Notes under the pieces: generated by a model
What the model was told of the DNA's origin: nothing
What the model saw: the letters and a program-made list of their open reading frames with translations, nothing else
The model's database searches: none
Program-made: the position numbers and the translations under genes
DNA from: a virus
Taxonomy: Duplodnaviria > Caudoviricetes
Reading direction: 5' to 3' (one strand)
Length of the DNA: 64,000 nt
Virus record (IMG/VR): IMGVR_UViG_3300024255_001563
Coordinates: 64,001-128,000 of that record
Shown: one piece after another, positions 56,701 to 64,000 of the stretch
Position numbering within the stretch: position 1 is the first letter of the stretch
How the letters are laid out: each line of letters starts with the position of its first letter

Positions 56701-59700
56701 TTATCGGAGTATATGATGTAATTACAGAGACAGTAAGTGCCAACTCTGTAACTACAATTCAGGAACAAAACAGTTTTAGTGGTTTCTTTAAAGTTACTAA
56801 AAAGGTATTAAACATTATATATGTTGAATCAGATGATCAATATCCTGAGGTAATTGACTGTATTGGAATTATTACTAAGTTTGACTCTGTTAAAGTAGCA
56901 AATTATAAAGAAGCAAATGAGTTTGCACAGTCGGGCATAATCAAAGACTCGTTGATTTGGGTTGAAAACAATAATCAAAATTGGAAAGTTCTTAAAAACA
57001 CTCAGCCATACAACTTACTGCAAAAAATAGAAGGCGATACTTCTGAAATTAATGACGACTTTTCTAGATCTATTGCAGTTAATGATAGAAACAGTATAAT
57101 CTCAATCGCATCACCAAACGCAGGCAATGACGGCAAAATATCAATATACAATAGAGGCGGAAATAATCAAGACTATCAGTTTTCGCAATTTATTGAACCA
57201 AATATAGAAGTTGCAAACTTTGGAAAGCAATTTGGGTTAGGACAAGGCTTTTCGTTAGACGGAAAATATTTACTAGTAGGTGCACCAAGTGCAGCAAATG
57301 TAAAATCAAGATTTAAGGGTCCTTGGGACGAAAATACAGATTATCAAAATGGTGATATTGTAAAATATGAAGGCCTATTATGGGAAATAATAGTAGACAT
57401 TCAGGGTGCTGCTTCAGCACAAGAATTTGGAAGTTTTGGATCGATTATTGAAATTTTGCAAAAAAATAATATTTTTGCAGCAGAAGCATCATTTAAAAAC
57501 ATTGTTACTGGTAATTATCCGTTTAGTGACGTTGAAACTGATCATGTTTTAATTAGAGCACCTAGAGATCAATATAATGCAACAGGTACAGGAGATACTG
57601 TATTTTTTGATTGGTATTTACAAACTACTGCAAATCAGGATCAAGATGTTTTAGAAGACAGACAGCCGTTTGACGGAGCTATTCCGCAAATAAATGAAAC
57701 ATTCTTAGAATCAGGATTAACAATTCAGAAAAAGGTCGACGTTGTTCTTTATATTGACGTCATATCAGCAATTCCAGAAATTGGCGATCAAGTTGAAGCA
57801 GAAAATGTATTTGGGTATGTTAATTATGTGTTTGTAGATGCAGGTGCAGCAACAATTTATATTGAAAGAACATCGGGGCAGTGGAGTACTACTGATAATA
57901 TTTTCTTAGAAAGTGGTGAGTTTGTTGGACAATATGTTAAACAACTGCCCGACGAACAAATTGATGTAACAGCAGATTTAGGCGGTTACTGGTATTTTGA
58001 TTTAGGAACAACTATTACAGTAGGTGACACAAGAACTGACGAAGGAAGATCATTAGCAGTTTATAATATAGTTCCTCAAGGAAGTGTAGATCTAGAGGCA
58101 GCTGGCGGCAACATCTACGATTTAAATAACAGTGTAACTAATATTGGCGAAAATTCTATTAACAGTTATATTAGAACGTTAACATATCAAGGTACACCAG
58201 GCCCTGGAGGAAGTTTAAATATTATTCCTAGTGATCTGTTTATAGTTAGAGCACCAAAAGATTTAACAGATAAGTTAGTTGTAGGTGACGAAGTAGGATT
58301 AGAAATTTTAAGATTTCCAAAATACAGTGATGATAGCTATGTAGATATAACTCCTACAGGACTCTCATATACAGACACTAACAAGAAACATACATTGTAT
58401 GATTTATGGACTGGTTACATTGATTTTGACCTAGACGAGTTAACGCCTCCGGATCAAGGCGGACAGCCTTACGAACCAAGAGTTGGCCAATTTGTTCGAG
58501 AAAGAACTCCTAATCCAGGCGGAACAGCTAGAGTAGTATTTTTCCAAAAGTTTAACAACAGCCGTGGCAGAGTATATGTTACTGATGTACAAGGAGACTG
58601 GGGAATCGGTAACGACGGCAGATATCTTGAAATGATTGGCACCGAATCTGATACGTTTACGAGTCAAACATTAGGCGACATTAGAGCAACTGCGTTAGGT
58701 AGTGAAGATTTAAATATTGGTAGTCTTTGTGTATTTCAGTTAGATGCTGAAATTGAAGATGTTCCGCCAGCAAGTACTATCATAGGAGCAGAATATCTAA
58801 TATACAAAGATTTTGAAATTTTAGGATTACCGCTTCTTCCTAATTTTCCAAGTTCAGATAATTTTGATTATAAGCAAGTTTTTAATATTAAAACTGATCC
58901 TAATGGTAGCGGTAACGGGCTATCTAACTTTGGTTATTTTGCAGTATACGAAAAAGAAAATGTTTCGTCATTTAATGTTGTAAATTCATTTATTGTTCCA
59001 GACGAACTTGATAATTTAAGAATTGGTTCTACAATTAAAATTGCAAAACGTAACGATCTATATAAAGCATTTATTGGATGTGCAGGCAACGGAACGACTA
59101 ACAACCCTGGAAGAATTTACTTTGTAAATAACGGTACAGACGATGAAGGTATAGTTTATAATTGGGAACTTGCGAAAGACAAGCGTTATAAAGGAGAATT
59201 TAATTCTAATAAAAACTTTTTTGTAAATGATTATGTTTATTATGAAGGTTATTTTTACGAAGCGTTAACTAACATTGCTGGTGACGGATCTACATTTATT
59301 CCAACTGAATGGCAATTAATCAATAGTGATCAAATTAGAAGTATTGATTACTTAGGATATGTGCCAAATGATACAAACATATTACCTGAAGATTTTAATT
59401 ATAAAGGATTCTTTACTAAACGCTCTAACTACATTGTTGACGAAATTATACAATACCAAAACGGAAATTTTTACAAAGCACTAAGAAATATTCCTTTAAA
59501 TTATAACGGATTTATTGATAATAATGGTGTAATAGAAGTTCCGTCAGCAGATTGGGAGTTAATAAACTTTACTCTTGGAGGCGATCAAGACTTAAGACTT
59601 GACTCTACAAACTTAGTTAAATTTGCAGAAAAGTTTGATGTAAGCGATAACGCAGAAGTGTTAGTTGTAACTGCTGAATTTAATAACGGTATAAGAAAAG

Positions 59701-62700
59701 TTGTTATTTATAGAAATGTAAATGATAATTACCAAAAAACACAGGAACTTGTATCTCCATTAGTTAACGATCTTAACATAGAGTTTGGCAAGTCTTTGAG
59801 CATTAGCCAAGATGGAAATTTAATTGCAATAGGCGCCCCTGGCGCAGATGACTCTACATTAGGCGATAACATTGGCGCAGTTTATATATACGAACAAAAA
59901 GACGGAACCTTTGAGCTATCTCAGACACTAACAAGCGCAACGCCTGCAGAAGGTGAAGCATTTGGAAGTACTATTGATTTTGATGGTAGAACATTATACG
60001 TTAGTGCGTATAACGCATCGAGCGATGATGATACTACATTTGACAATACGTCAACAACGTTTGATAATTTATTTACAGCATTTAAAAATAAAATTAAAAT
60101 TAACGGTGCGGTTTATGTTTATGACAGGATTGATAATTCGTTAATATTTGGACAAGCAATTGATTATCACACTTACTTAGATCGAGACAGTGTAGCAGAA
60201 ATTGACAGATTTGGTAGAAATATTCTTGCTAAAAATAATCACATTTATGTTGCAGTTCCTGAGTATACTAACTCTAGCGGAAATACTGGAATTTTATTAG
60301 ATTACAGACGTCCAGGCACTGAAAAATTATGGAGTATCCATAGAGAAAACCAACCAACTGTTGATTTAGAAAAAATTAAAAGTATTTTCTTATATGATTC
60401 TAAGAAAAATGAACTTGTACAGTATCTAGATTATATTGATCCTGCACAAGGCAAAATTGCAGGTCCTGCAGATCAAGAAATTAGATATAAAACAACTGTA
60501 GATCCTGCTGTTTACACACTAGGAACTAGCAATTTAGTAGTAGACGAAACATTATCATGGGGTCCTGAACAAAAAGGCAGAGTATGGTGGGATTTATCTA
60601 ATGCAAAATTTTATGATGTATATCAAGGCAACTTAATATATAAAGCAAATAACTTTAATACACTGTATCCTGGAGCATCAATAGATGTTTACGAATGGGT
60701 AGAAAGTAAATACACTCCTGAAGATTGGGACAAACTTTCTATCACTTCCCGAGGTGCAGCTGAAAACATCACAGGAACTACAAAATACGGAAGTGTATCA
60801 TATAGTTCACGACGAGTATATGATCCTGTTGTAGGAAGTTTTACAACTTATTTTTATTATTGGGTTAAGAATAAAACAACAGTTCCTGACATATTAGGAA
60901 GAAAACTATCAGTTAACGCTGTATCTAAGTTAATTGAAGATCCTAAGGGAGAACAATATAAATTTATTTCTTTTGCTGATTCGTCTTCGTTTGTGTTACA
61001 CAACTGTGGGAAGCTATTAAAAGATAGTGACATTGTTCTTAATATACAATACTGGACTACTGGAAACAAGTATTCTAATATTCATAACCAATATCAAATT
61101 GTAACCGAAGGCCTGTCAACTAGTGTGCCTAACGATACTATTATTAATAAAGTTTTTGACAGTTTAGTTGGATACGATTCTCAAGGCAGAAATGTTCCTG
61201 ATGCTACATTGTCAGTAAGAGAAAAATATGGGATACTTAACAAACCAAGACAGTCAATGTTTGTTAATAGATCAGAAGCATTAAAGCAGGTTATCGAACG
61301 TGTTAATTTAATATTCAAAGAAAATTTAATCATAGACGAAAAAGACACTTCGTTATTATTTGATAATGATCCTGCTCCAAAAATTACATCAGGTAGATAC
61401 GACACTGTTATTGACAATCATGTAGATTTACAATTTGTTAGTTCGGCAAGAGCACAAACAGCAGAGTTAACTCCAATAGTTGAAAATGGTAGAATTGTTC
61501 GTGTAGATATTGCAAATCCTGGAAGAAGCTACAAAGTTGTTCCTACATACGAAATAACAGGACAAGGCGCAGACGCTAAACTTGCAATATCGTTAAACGC
61601 ATTGGGACAAATAGATAATGTTGCAGTTTTAAATCAAGGATATAACTATAACGAAAATACAGTGATATCTGTTAGACCAATCGCTGTATTAGTTAATTCA
61701 GACGAAACTGCAAACAGTCAGTGGGCGCTTTATCATAGAATTAGTAACGAATGGATAAGAGTTGCATCTCAAGCATATGACGTTAAGTCTTATTGGGATT
61801 ACATTGATTGGTATGCCACAGATTATGATCAGTTTACTCAAGTAAATCATCTAATTGACTTTACATATAATTTGCAAGGCTTAGACGCAAATAATGGCGA
61901 TATCGTTAAGGTATTAAATGCTGGCGGCGAGGGCTGGATCTTATTAGAAAAAATTGACGAGCAAGATACTATTGACTATACTGTAAATTATAAAACAGTT
62001 GGAAAACAAAATGGTACAATTAAATTAAAAGAAACATTGTATAGTTTTGATAATAGCTTAATTGGATTTGACAATCAAACGTTTGATACACAATTCTTTG
62101 ATAAACAGCCTATTGCAGAAGTACGTATAATTTTAAAAGCACTAAAGGATAATATTTTTGTTGCAGACTTGGCAGACGAATTTAACAACCTATTCTTTGT
62201 TTGTTTGAGATATGTATTTACAGAACAAGGCTATGTTGATTGGGCGTTTAAAACTAGCTTCATAAAGGCACAACATAATGTTGGAGACCTACAACAAAAA
62301 GTAACGTTTAAAAATGACAATTTAACAAGTTTTGAGAATTATATTAACGAAGTAAAACCATATAAGTCTAAGATTAGAGAATACGTGTCAACTTATTCTA
62401 AACTAGAAAACACTTCAAATATAATTTCTGACTTTGATAGTCCGCCGCGATTTAATAGTACTACAGGAGCAATTACAGCAACAGATGTTAAAGTTGTTAA
62501 CGGGGTACTGTTTAATACAGGACAAACAGCAGTAATTGATCAATCTTGGTTAGCTAATTTAACATATGAAGTAATTGAAATCAATATAAGTGATTCGGGA
62601 GAAGGATATGTATTTCCTCCATTAATTGAAATTGAAGGAGACGCAACGGCTAAAGTATCACTAGGGCCAAATGGAATATTGTCTAAAGTAATAATTACTA

Positions 62701-64000
62701 ACTCCGGAAGTGGTTATATTTCAAAGCCTAATATTGTAATTAACGGGGCACTAAAAGAAGGCGGCAGACCAGCAAAGTTAGATGCAGTAATTGGAAATTC
62801 TCCTGTACGTAGCATGCATACTGTTGTTAAATTTGACAGAATATCGGGACAGTTTTTTATTACACAACTAAATGAAACTGAATCCTTTGTTGCAACAGGA
62901 TCAAAAACAGTGTTTGATTTAAAATGGCCTATGGACATGAGAACTAATACTGTTGAAGTTACGGTCGATGGCGAGCTGGTTCTTGGTAGTAATTACTCGT
63001 ACAACAATCTTATTAATAGAAAAGATGGGTACGATAAATTTTATGGAAGAATTGAATTTATTGATCCTCCAGCTAACGAAGTAGTAGTTGAAGTAAACTA
63101 TAAAAAATCTATCAATATGTTAGATGCTCAGGATAGAATCAATTTGTTCTATAACCCAACAGACGGGCAAATTGGTAAAGATATCAGTCAATTAATGGAC
63201 GGTGTTGATTACGGCGGCGTCGAAGTTAAGAGTTTTGAATTTGGTGCACCTCCAGGATGGGATACCGGAGACTGGTATACGGATAACTGGGATGTCTTTG
63301 ATGAAAATTACGACGACGAAAGTTTTGAAACAGACGGATCAACTTTAGTATTTGATTTAGCTAAACCTTTAGAAAGTGGCGTTACTTATAACGTTTACAT
63401 TAATGGTACTAGAGTCGACGATAGCAACTGGGACGGAACATCATCGGTAGAATCTAATCCCTACGCATTTATGGCGCCGCTTATCGGTGATGGGGTTACT
63501 GATACATTAGTATTTGATAATGAAATTAGATTCCGCCAAGTTGTAGACGAACTAGATAATGGTAGCGGCAATGATAATCCTCCAGGAAATATTATTACTA
63601 TTCGCAGAGCAACGTCAGATGGAAGCCAAGAAGTTAGCGGGTCGTCTTATGACACTGCACTAACAGGAGGCGACTTAGCTTATACTACCGCAACAGGCAT
63701 ATCGGCAGAAGATATTAATATTGACGGTGACGGATTTGTAACTCCGACTACTTCAAAAGGTCCAGAAGAAGTTGTCCCAGGACAGATAATGGATACTCTT
63801 GATATTACTGTTTACGAACGTCCAAACAGCGGTACTGGTGTTATAGAAGTTGACAACTTTAAAGGTGATGGACAAACACAAGAATTTAATTTAACACAAA
63901 CACCAATCTCTTTACAAAGTGTAATAGTTAAGAAGAATTATATAATTGTTAATCCAGCTGAGTATAGAGTTGATATTCCAAATAGCAAAGTAGTATTTTA
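50709..64000 (+). CDS. Giant baseplate wedge protein, gp7-like, >4,400 aa, runs off the right edge
   Basis: ATG overlaps the gp6 stop (TAATG). Reads MAHNDNQKEF...LPKYFRTEKNQKFLQSTLDQL. The same frame was checked at 57300, 59181, 59781 and at the end (EYRVDIPNSKVVF). Its absence from the ORF track is consistent with no in-frame stop. Confidence 0.85.
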   Translation, partial: MAHNDNQKEFPIPDGNSNKRETARHLPKYFRTEKNQKFLQSTLDQLLQPGTAEKTNSFVGRKTAKSFSLNDTYLDEVSDDRANYQLEPVSVIKDQNNNVTYYQEYRDYINQIANFGGVNNNHSRNTKQEFYTIDPHIDWDKFTNFRNYYWLPNGPQAVDIPGEQKEIASTYTVELQSALGDYSYVFSPDGLTNNPTLKLYRGVKYRFEITTPGVPLTFRTKRTLDDEFLLDEGITAQEVESGVIELTLGTESPDELFYVASNDINIGGLIRVANQEDASFIDVTSEILNKKAYTTRDGWALTNGLKIKFAGETIPSTYAEGEWYVEGIGDKINLVSSTDVDVSFPVGIDLTVPFDDIDGEGFDGLPFSQAIGYPKDKDYILINRASVDGNFWARYNRWFHKDVIDLSSRVNGVSVNLDQTQRASRPIIEFDAGLKLYNFGTKNKSSVDLIDNFTSDVFSTIEGGLGYNVDGIQLSQGMRVLFLNDPDPLVKGRVFEVTFINFKGSGETGQISLVETDDSIPQSGENVLVIRGNENGGKIWYFDGEIWNIAQEKTSVNQPPIFDVFDKDDESFSNTEKYIASSFRGTKIFGYKENQLTTDSELGFGISYRSISNVGDIVFDFNYNTDAFNYQDNDQITTIPINKGFLRKYYNNNTFESVGIYTKAHRMSEQKVILQYVNDRTRLTYPINCYNQSSYLDDLTVAVYVNNIRQKENVDFVLENNADKFKHVKFNNTVPVDSTIIIKCASSKPKNKNGYYEIASNLEKNPLNDDIESLTLGEISEHVATIVDSLIDEIGDEFTSTNFRDISNSSKYGKKFLKHSSPLNLSMYSLLDKDSNLIKSIRYAKKEYSKFKREFLEIAEGLEFNGSNKQHVDEIIKELTKSKTSSMPFYFSDMIPYGTAIKTRIIVEDPDARFFALNRQFTLDTLSTQAVTVYLNNTQLLHEKDYIFNSQGFIEITATKSFQDIIEINEYDTTNGSFIPPTPTKLGLYPLHQPEQFVDNSYSTPVTLIKGHDGSIVRAFNDYRDELILELEKRIFNNIKVKYDQTLFNIHNYLPGLNRNTGFSRQEVYTPMISDFLQWMTLVDTDYTINSYYDRQNSFTFNYSKLSDKNGDMLPGWWKGAFRHYFDTITPHLTPWTMLGYTIKPTWWEDQYGPAPYTKNNYLLWEDLEKGIIREPGKGFVINPLYARPGLTTFIPVDKNGNLLGPSDCNIPKKFNTVNLNDGFVFGDSAPVEEAWRNSSEFPFALLTSLAINNAPLLLATGYDRSRQVRNQLGHIVYSETDTYIKLQDIVTFSDAQDSQLIQTSGVVNYVQGYMASTLSDNFYNYQTALTSIQNNLAFKVGGFTDKSKFKLILDSRTPLNDGNVFIPEENYQIFLRTSSPLKTINYSGVIIELSAQGFVIRGYDREIPAFTYYPSYQSSNDISTNVGGVSESFVRWEANRTYSKDTIVEGAAGVYYRATSTFTSVNQIDTKNLVKLPKLPVTGGIDAIFKSKFNKSQTLSLQYGSTLRTVQEVIDFLLGYEAWLKDQGFRFEYFDGNEQIISDWKASAKEFMFWVTHKWGEGALISLSPAADQVYFETEYSIVDSVTDNFYGYSLLKADGKSLTQDLIKINRIEDNVFKLEPASATDGIYAIKLPVVQKEHVVLIDNLSVFNDIVYQPETGYRQDRIKIFGYRTGDWNGSLNIPGFIYSEVNISDWEPWKDYKVGDIVKYKEFYYTADKQVPGEEFFNFYSWKRLDDVPSSKLQPNFDYKATQFTDFYDLDTDNFDVEQQQLAQHLIGYQKRQYLENIVNDEVSAYKFYQGMIKEKGSKNSLDKLFDVLSETDSDSLDFYEEWAIKQGQYGSAEGFDEVEFKLDEQKFRLNPQPIKLTNLDNLEGLTYGIKDYEVFKKPSNYSTDLFPTLDTYSQFTRSPGFVNLDDTKYILSNYDDLLTLNIDTTLKGEYVWVGSSLNSWNVYQYDKIDTTLIGVQTLPEKVTDTTSAYELKLTLNNSPSVDVGEIIGVYDVITETVSANSVTTIQEQNSFSGFFKVTKKVLNIIYVESDDQYPEVIDCIGIITKFDSVKVANYKEANEFAQSGIIKDSLIWVENNNQNWKVLKNTQPYNLLQKIEGDTSEINDDFSRSIAVNDRNSIISIASPNAGNDGKISIYNRGGNNQDYQFSQFIEPNIEVANFGKQFGLGQGFSLDGKYLLVGAPSAANVKSRFKGPWDENTDYQNGDIVKYEGLLWEIIVDIQGAASAQEFGSFGSIIEILQKNNIFAAEASFKNIVTGNYPFSDVETDHVLIRAPRDQYNATGTGDTVFFDWYLQTTANQDQDVLEDRQPFDGAIPQINETFLESGLTIQKKVDVVLYIDVISAIPEIGDQVEAENVFGYVNYVFVDAGAATIYIERTSGQWSTTDNIFLESGEFVGQYVKQLPDEQIDVTADLGGYWYFDLGTTITVGDTRTDEGRSLAVYNIVPQGSVDLEAAGGNIYDLNNSVTNIGENSINSYIRTLTYQGTPGPGGSLNIIPSDLFIVRAPKDLTDKLVVGDEVGLEILRFPKYSDDSYVDITPTGLSYTDTNKKHTLYDLWTGYIDFDLDELTPPDQGGQPYEPRVGQFVRERTPNPGGTARVVFFQKFNNSRGRVYVTDVQGDWGIGNDGRYLEMIGTESDTFTSQTLGDIRATALGSEDLNIGSLCVFQLDAEIEDVPPASTIIGAEYLIYKDFEILGLPLLPNFPSSDNFDYKQVFNIKTDPNGSGNGLSNFGYFAVYEKENVSSFNVVNSFIVPDELDNLRIGSTIKIAKRNDLYKAFIGCAGNGTTNNPGRIYFVNNGTDDEGIVYNWELAKDKRYKGEFNSNKNFFVNDYVYYEGYFYEALTNIAGDGSTFIPTEWQLINSDQIRSIDYLGYVPNDTNILPEDFNYKGFFTKRSNYIVDEIIQYQNGNFYKALRNIPLNYNGFIDNNGVIEVPSADWELINFTLGGDQDLRLDSTNLVKFAEKFDVSDNAEVLVVTAEFNNGIRKVVIYRNVNDNYQKTQELVSPLVNDLNIEFGKSLSISQDGNLIAIGAPGADDSTLGDNIGAVYIYEQKDGTFELSQTLTSATPAEGEAFGSTIDFDGRTLYVSAYNASSDDDTTFDNTSTTFDNLFTAFKNKIKINGAVYVYDRIDNSLIFGQAIDYHTYLDRDSVAEIDRFGRNILAKNNHIYVAVPEYTNSSGNTGILLDYRRPGTEKLWSIHRENQPTVDLEKIKSIFLYDSKKNELVQYLDYIDPAQGKIAGPADQEIRYKTTVDPAVYTLGTSNLVVDETLSWGPEQKGRVWWDLSNAKFYDVYQGNLIYKANNFNTLYPGASIDVYEWVESKYTPEDWDKLSITSRGAAENITGTTKYGSVSYSSRRVYDPVVGSFTTYFYYWVKNKTTVPDILGRKLSVNAVSKLIEDPKGEQYKFISFADSSSFVLHNCGKLLKDSDIVLNIQYWTTGNKYSNIHNQYQIVTEGLSTSVPNDTIINKVFDSLVGYDSQGRNVPDATLSVREKYGILNKPRQSMFVNRSEALKQVIERVNLIFKENLIIDEKDTSLLFDNDPAPKITSGRYDTVIDNHVDLQFVSSARAQTAELTPIVENGRIVRVDIANPGRSYKVVPTYEITGQGADAKLAISLNALGQIDNVAVLNQGYNYNENTVISVRPIAVLVNSDETANSQWALYHRISNEWIRVASQAYDVKSYWDYIDWYATDYDQFTQVNHLIDFTYNLQGLDANNGDIVKVLNAGGEGWILLEKIDEQDTIDYTVNYKTVGKQNGTIKLKETLYSFDNSLIGFDNQTFDTQFFDKQPIAEVRIILKALKDNIFVADLADEFNNLFFVCLRYVFTEQGYVDWAFKTSFIKAQHNVGDLQQKVTFKNDNLTSFENYINEVKPYKSKIREYVSTYSKLENTSNIISDFDSPPRFNSTTGAITATDVKVVNGVLFNTGQTAVIDQSWLANLTYEVIEINISDSGEGYVFPPLIEIEGDATAKVSLGPNGILSKVIITNSGSGYISKPNIVINGALKEGGRPAKLDAVIGNSPVRSMHTVVKFDRISGQFFITQLNETESFVATGSKTVFDLKWPMDMRTNTVEVTVDGELVLGSNYSYNNLINRKDGYDKFYGRIEFIDPPANEVVVEVNYKKSINMLDAQDRINLFYNPTDGQIGKDISQLMDGVDYGGVEVKSFEFGAPPGWDTGDWYTDNWDVFDENYDDESFETDGSTLVFDLAKPLESGVTYNVYINGTRVDDSNWDGTSSVESNPYAFMAPLIGDGVTDTLVFDNEIRFRQVVDELDNGSGNDNPPGNIITIRRATSDGSQEVSGSSYDTALTGGDLAYTTATGISAEDINIDGDGFVTPTTSKGPEEVVPGQIMDTLDITVYERPNSGTGVIEVDNFKGDGQTQEFNLTQTPISLQSVIVKKNYIIVNPAEYRVDIPNSKVVF

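Noticed and set aside
760-62938. Numerous 60-155 aa ORFs nested within or antisense to the long genes
   Set aside because: They overlap well-supported CDSs, lack ribosome binding sites and show no recognisable motifs.
1-64000. Stop-codon reassignment or alternative genetic code
   Set aside because: Conserved genes are full length under the standard code, and TAA, TAG and TGA all act as stops.

Overview
A 64 kb, AT-rich, densely coding segment of a large T4-like (Tevenvirinae/Kyanoviridae-type) myovirus genome. No marker here identifies the host, but the early promoters match the sigma70 consensus. Left to right: (i) 1-25.3 kb, minus strand: two pairs of paralogous giant fibre-like virion proteins plus small structural proteins; (ii) 25.8-35 kb, minus: head module (gp23 capsid, gp22 scaffold, gp21 protease, acidic core protein, a DUF115/Maf-like glycosyltransferase-fold protein, gp20 portal) with the tape-measure-like gene directly upstream; (iii) 35-36.1 kb, plus: a gp26-like gene and a small ORF that a candidate -1 frameshift would join; (iv) 36.1-41.4 kb, minus: a minimal GIY-YIG nuclease followed by about 480 nt of structured non-coding DNA, gp46/gp47 and a gp55-like late sigma factor; (v) 41.5-64 kb, plus: contractile-tail baseplate operon (tube initiator, LysM, hub, gp5/VgrG, gp25, gp6) ending in a >4,400 aa gp7-like ORF. 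The ORF track omits that ORF, and a short 5' gene fragment at 1-83, because both run off the window. The most interesting signals are non-coding: a pseudoknot-rich RNA candidate next to the GIY-YIG gene, an independently transcribed ~245 nt RNA downstream of the capsid gene, two structured late leaders sharing a core motif, a G/GT-type frameshift, and an overlapping early/late promoter at gp55. All assignments come from motif recognition by eye; no database searches or folding programs were run.
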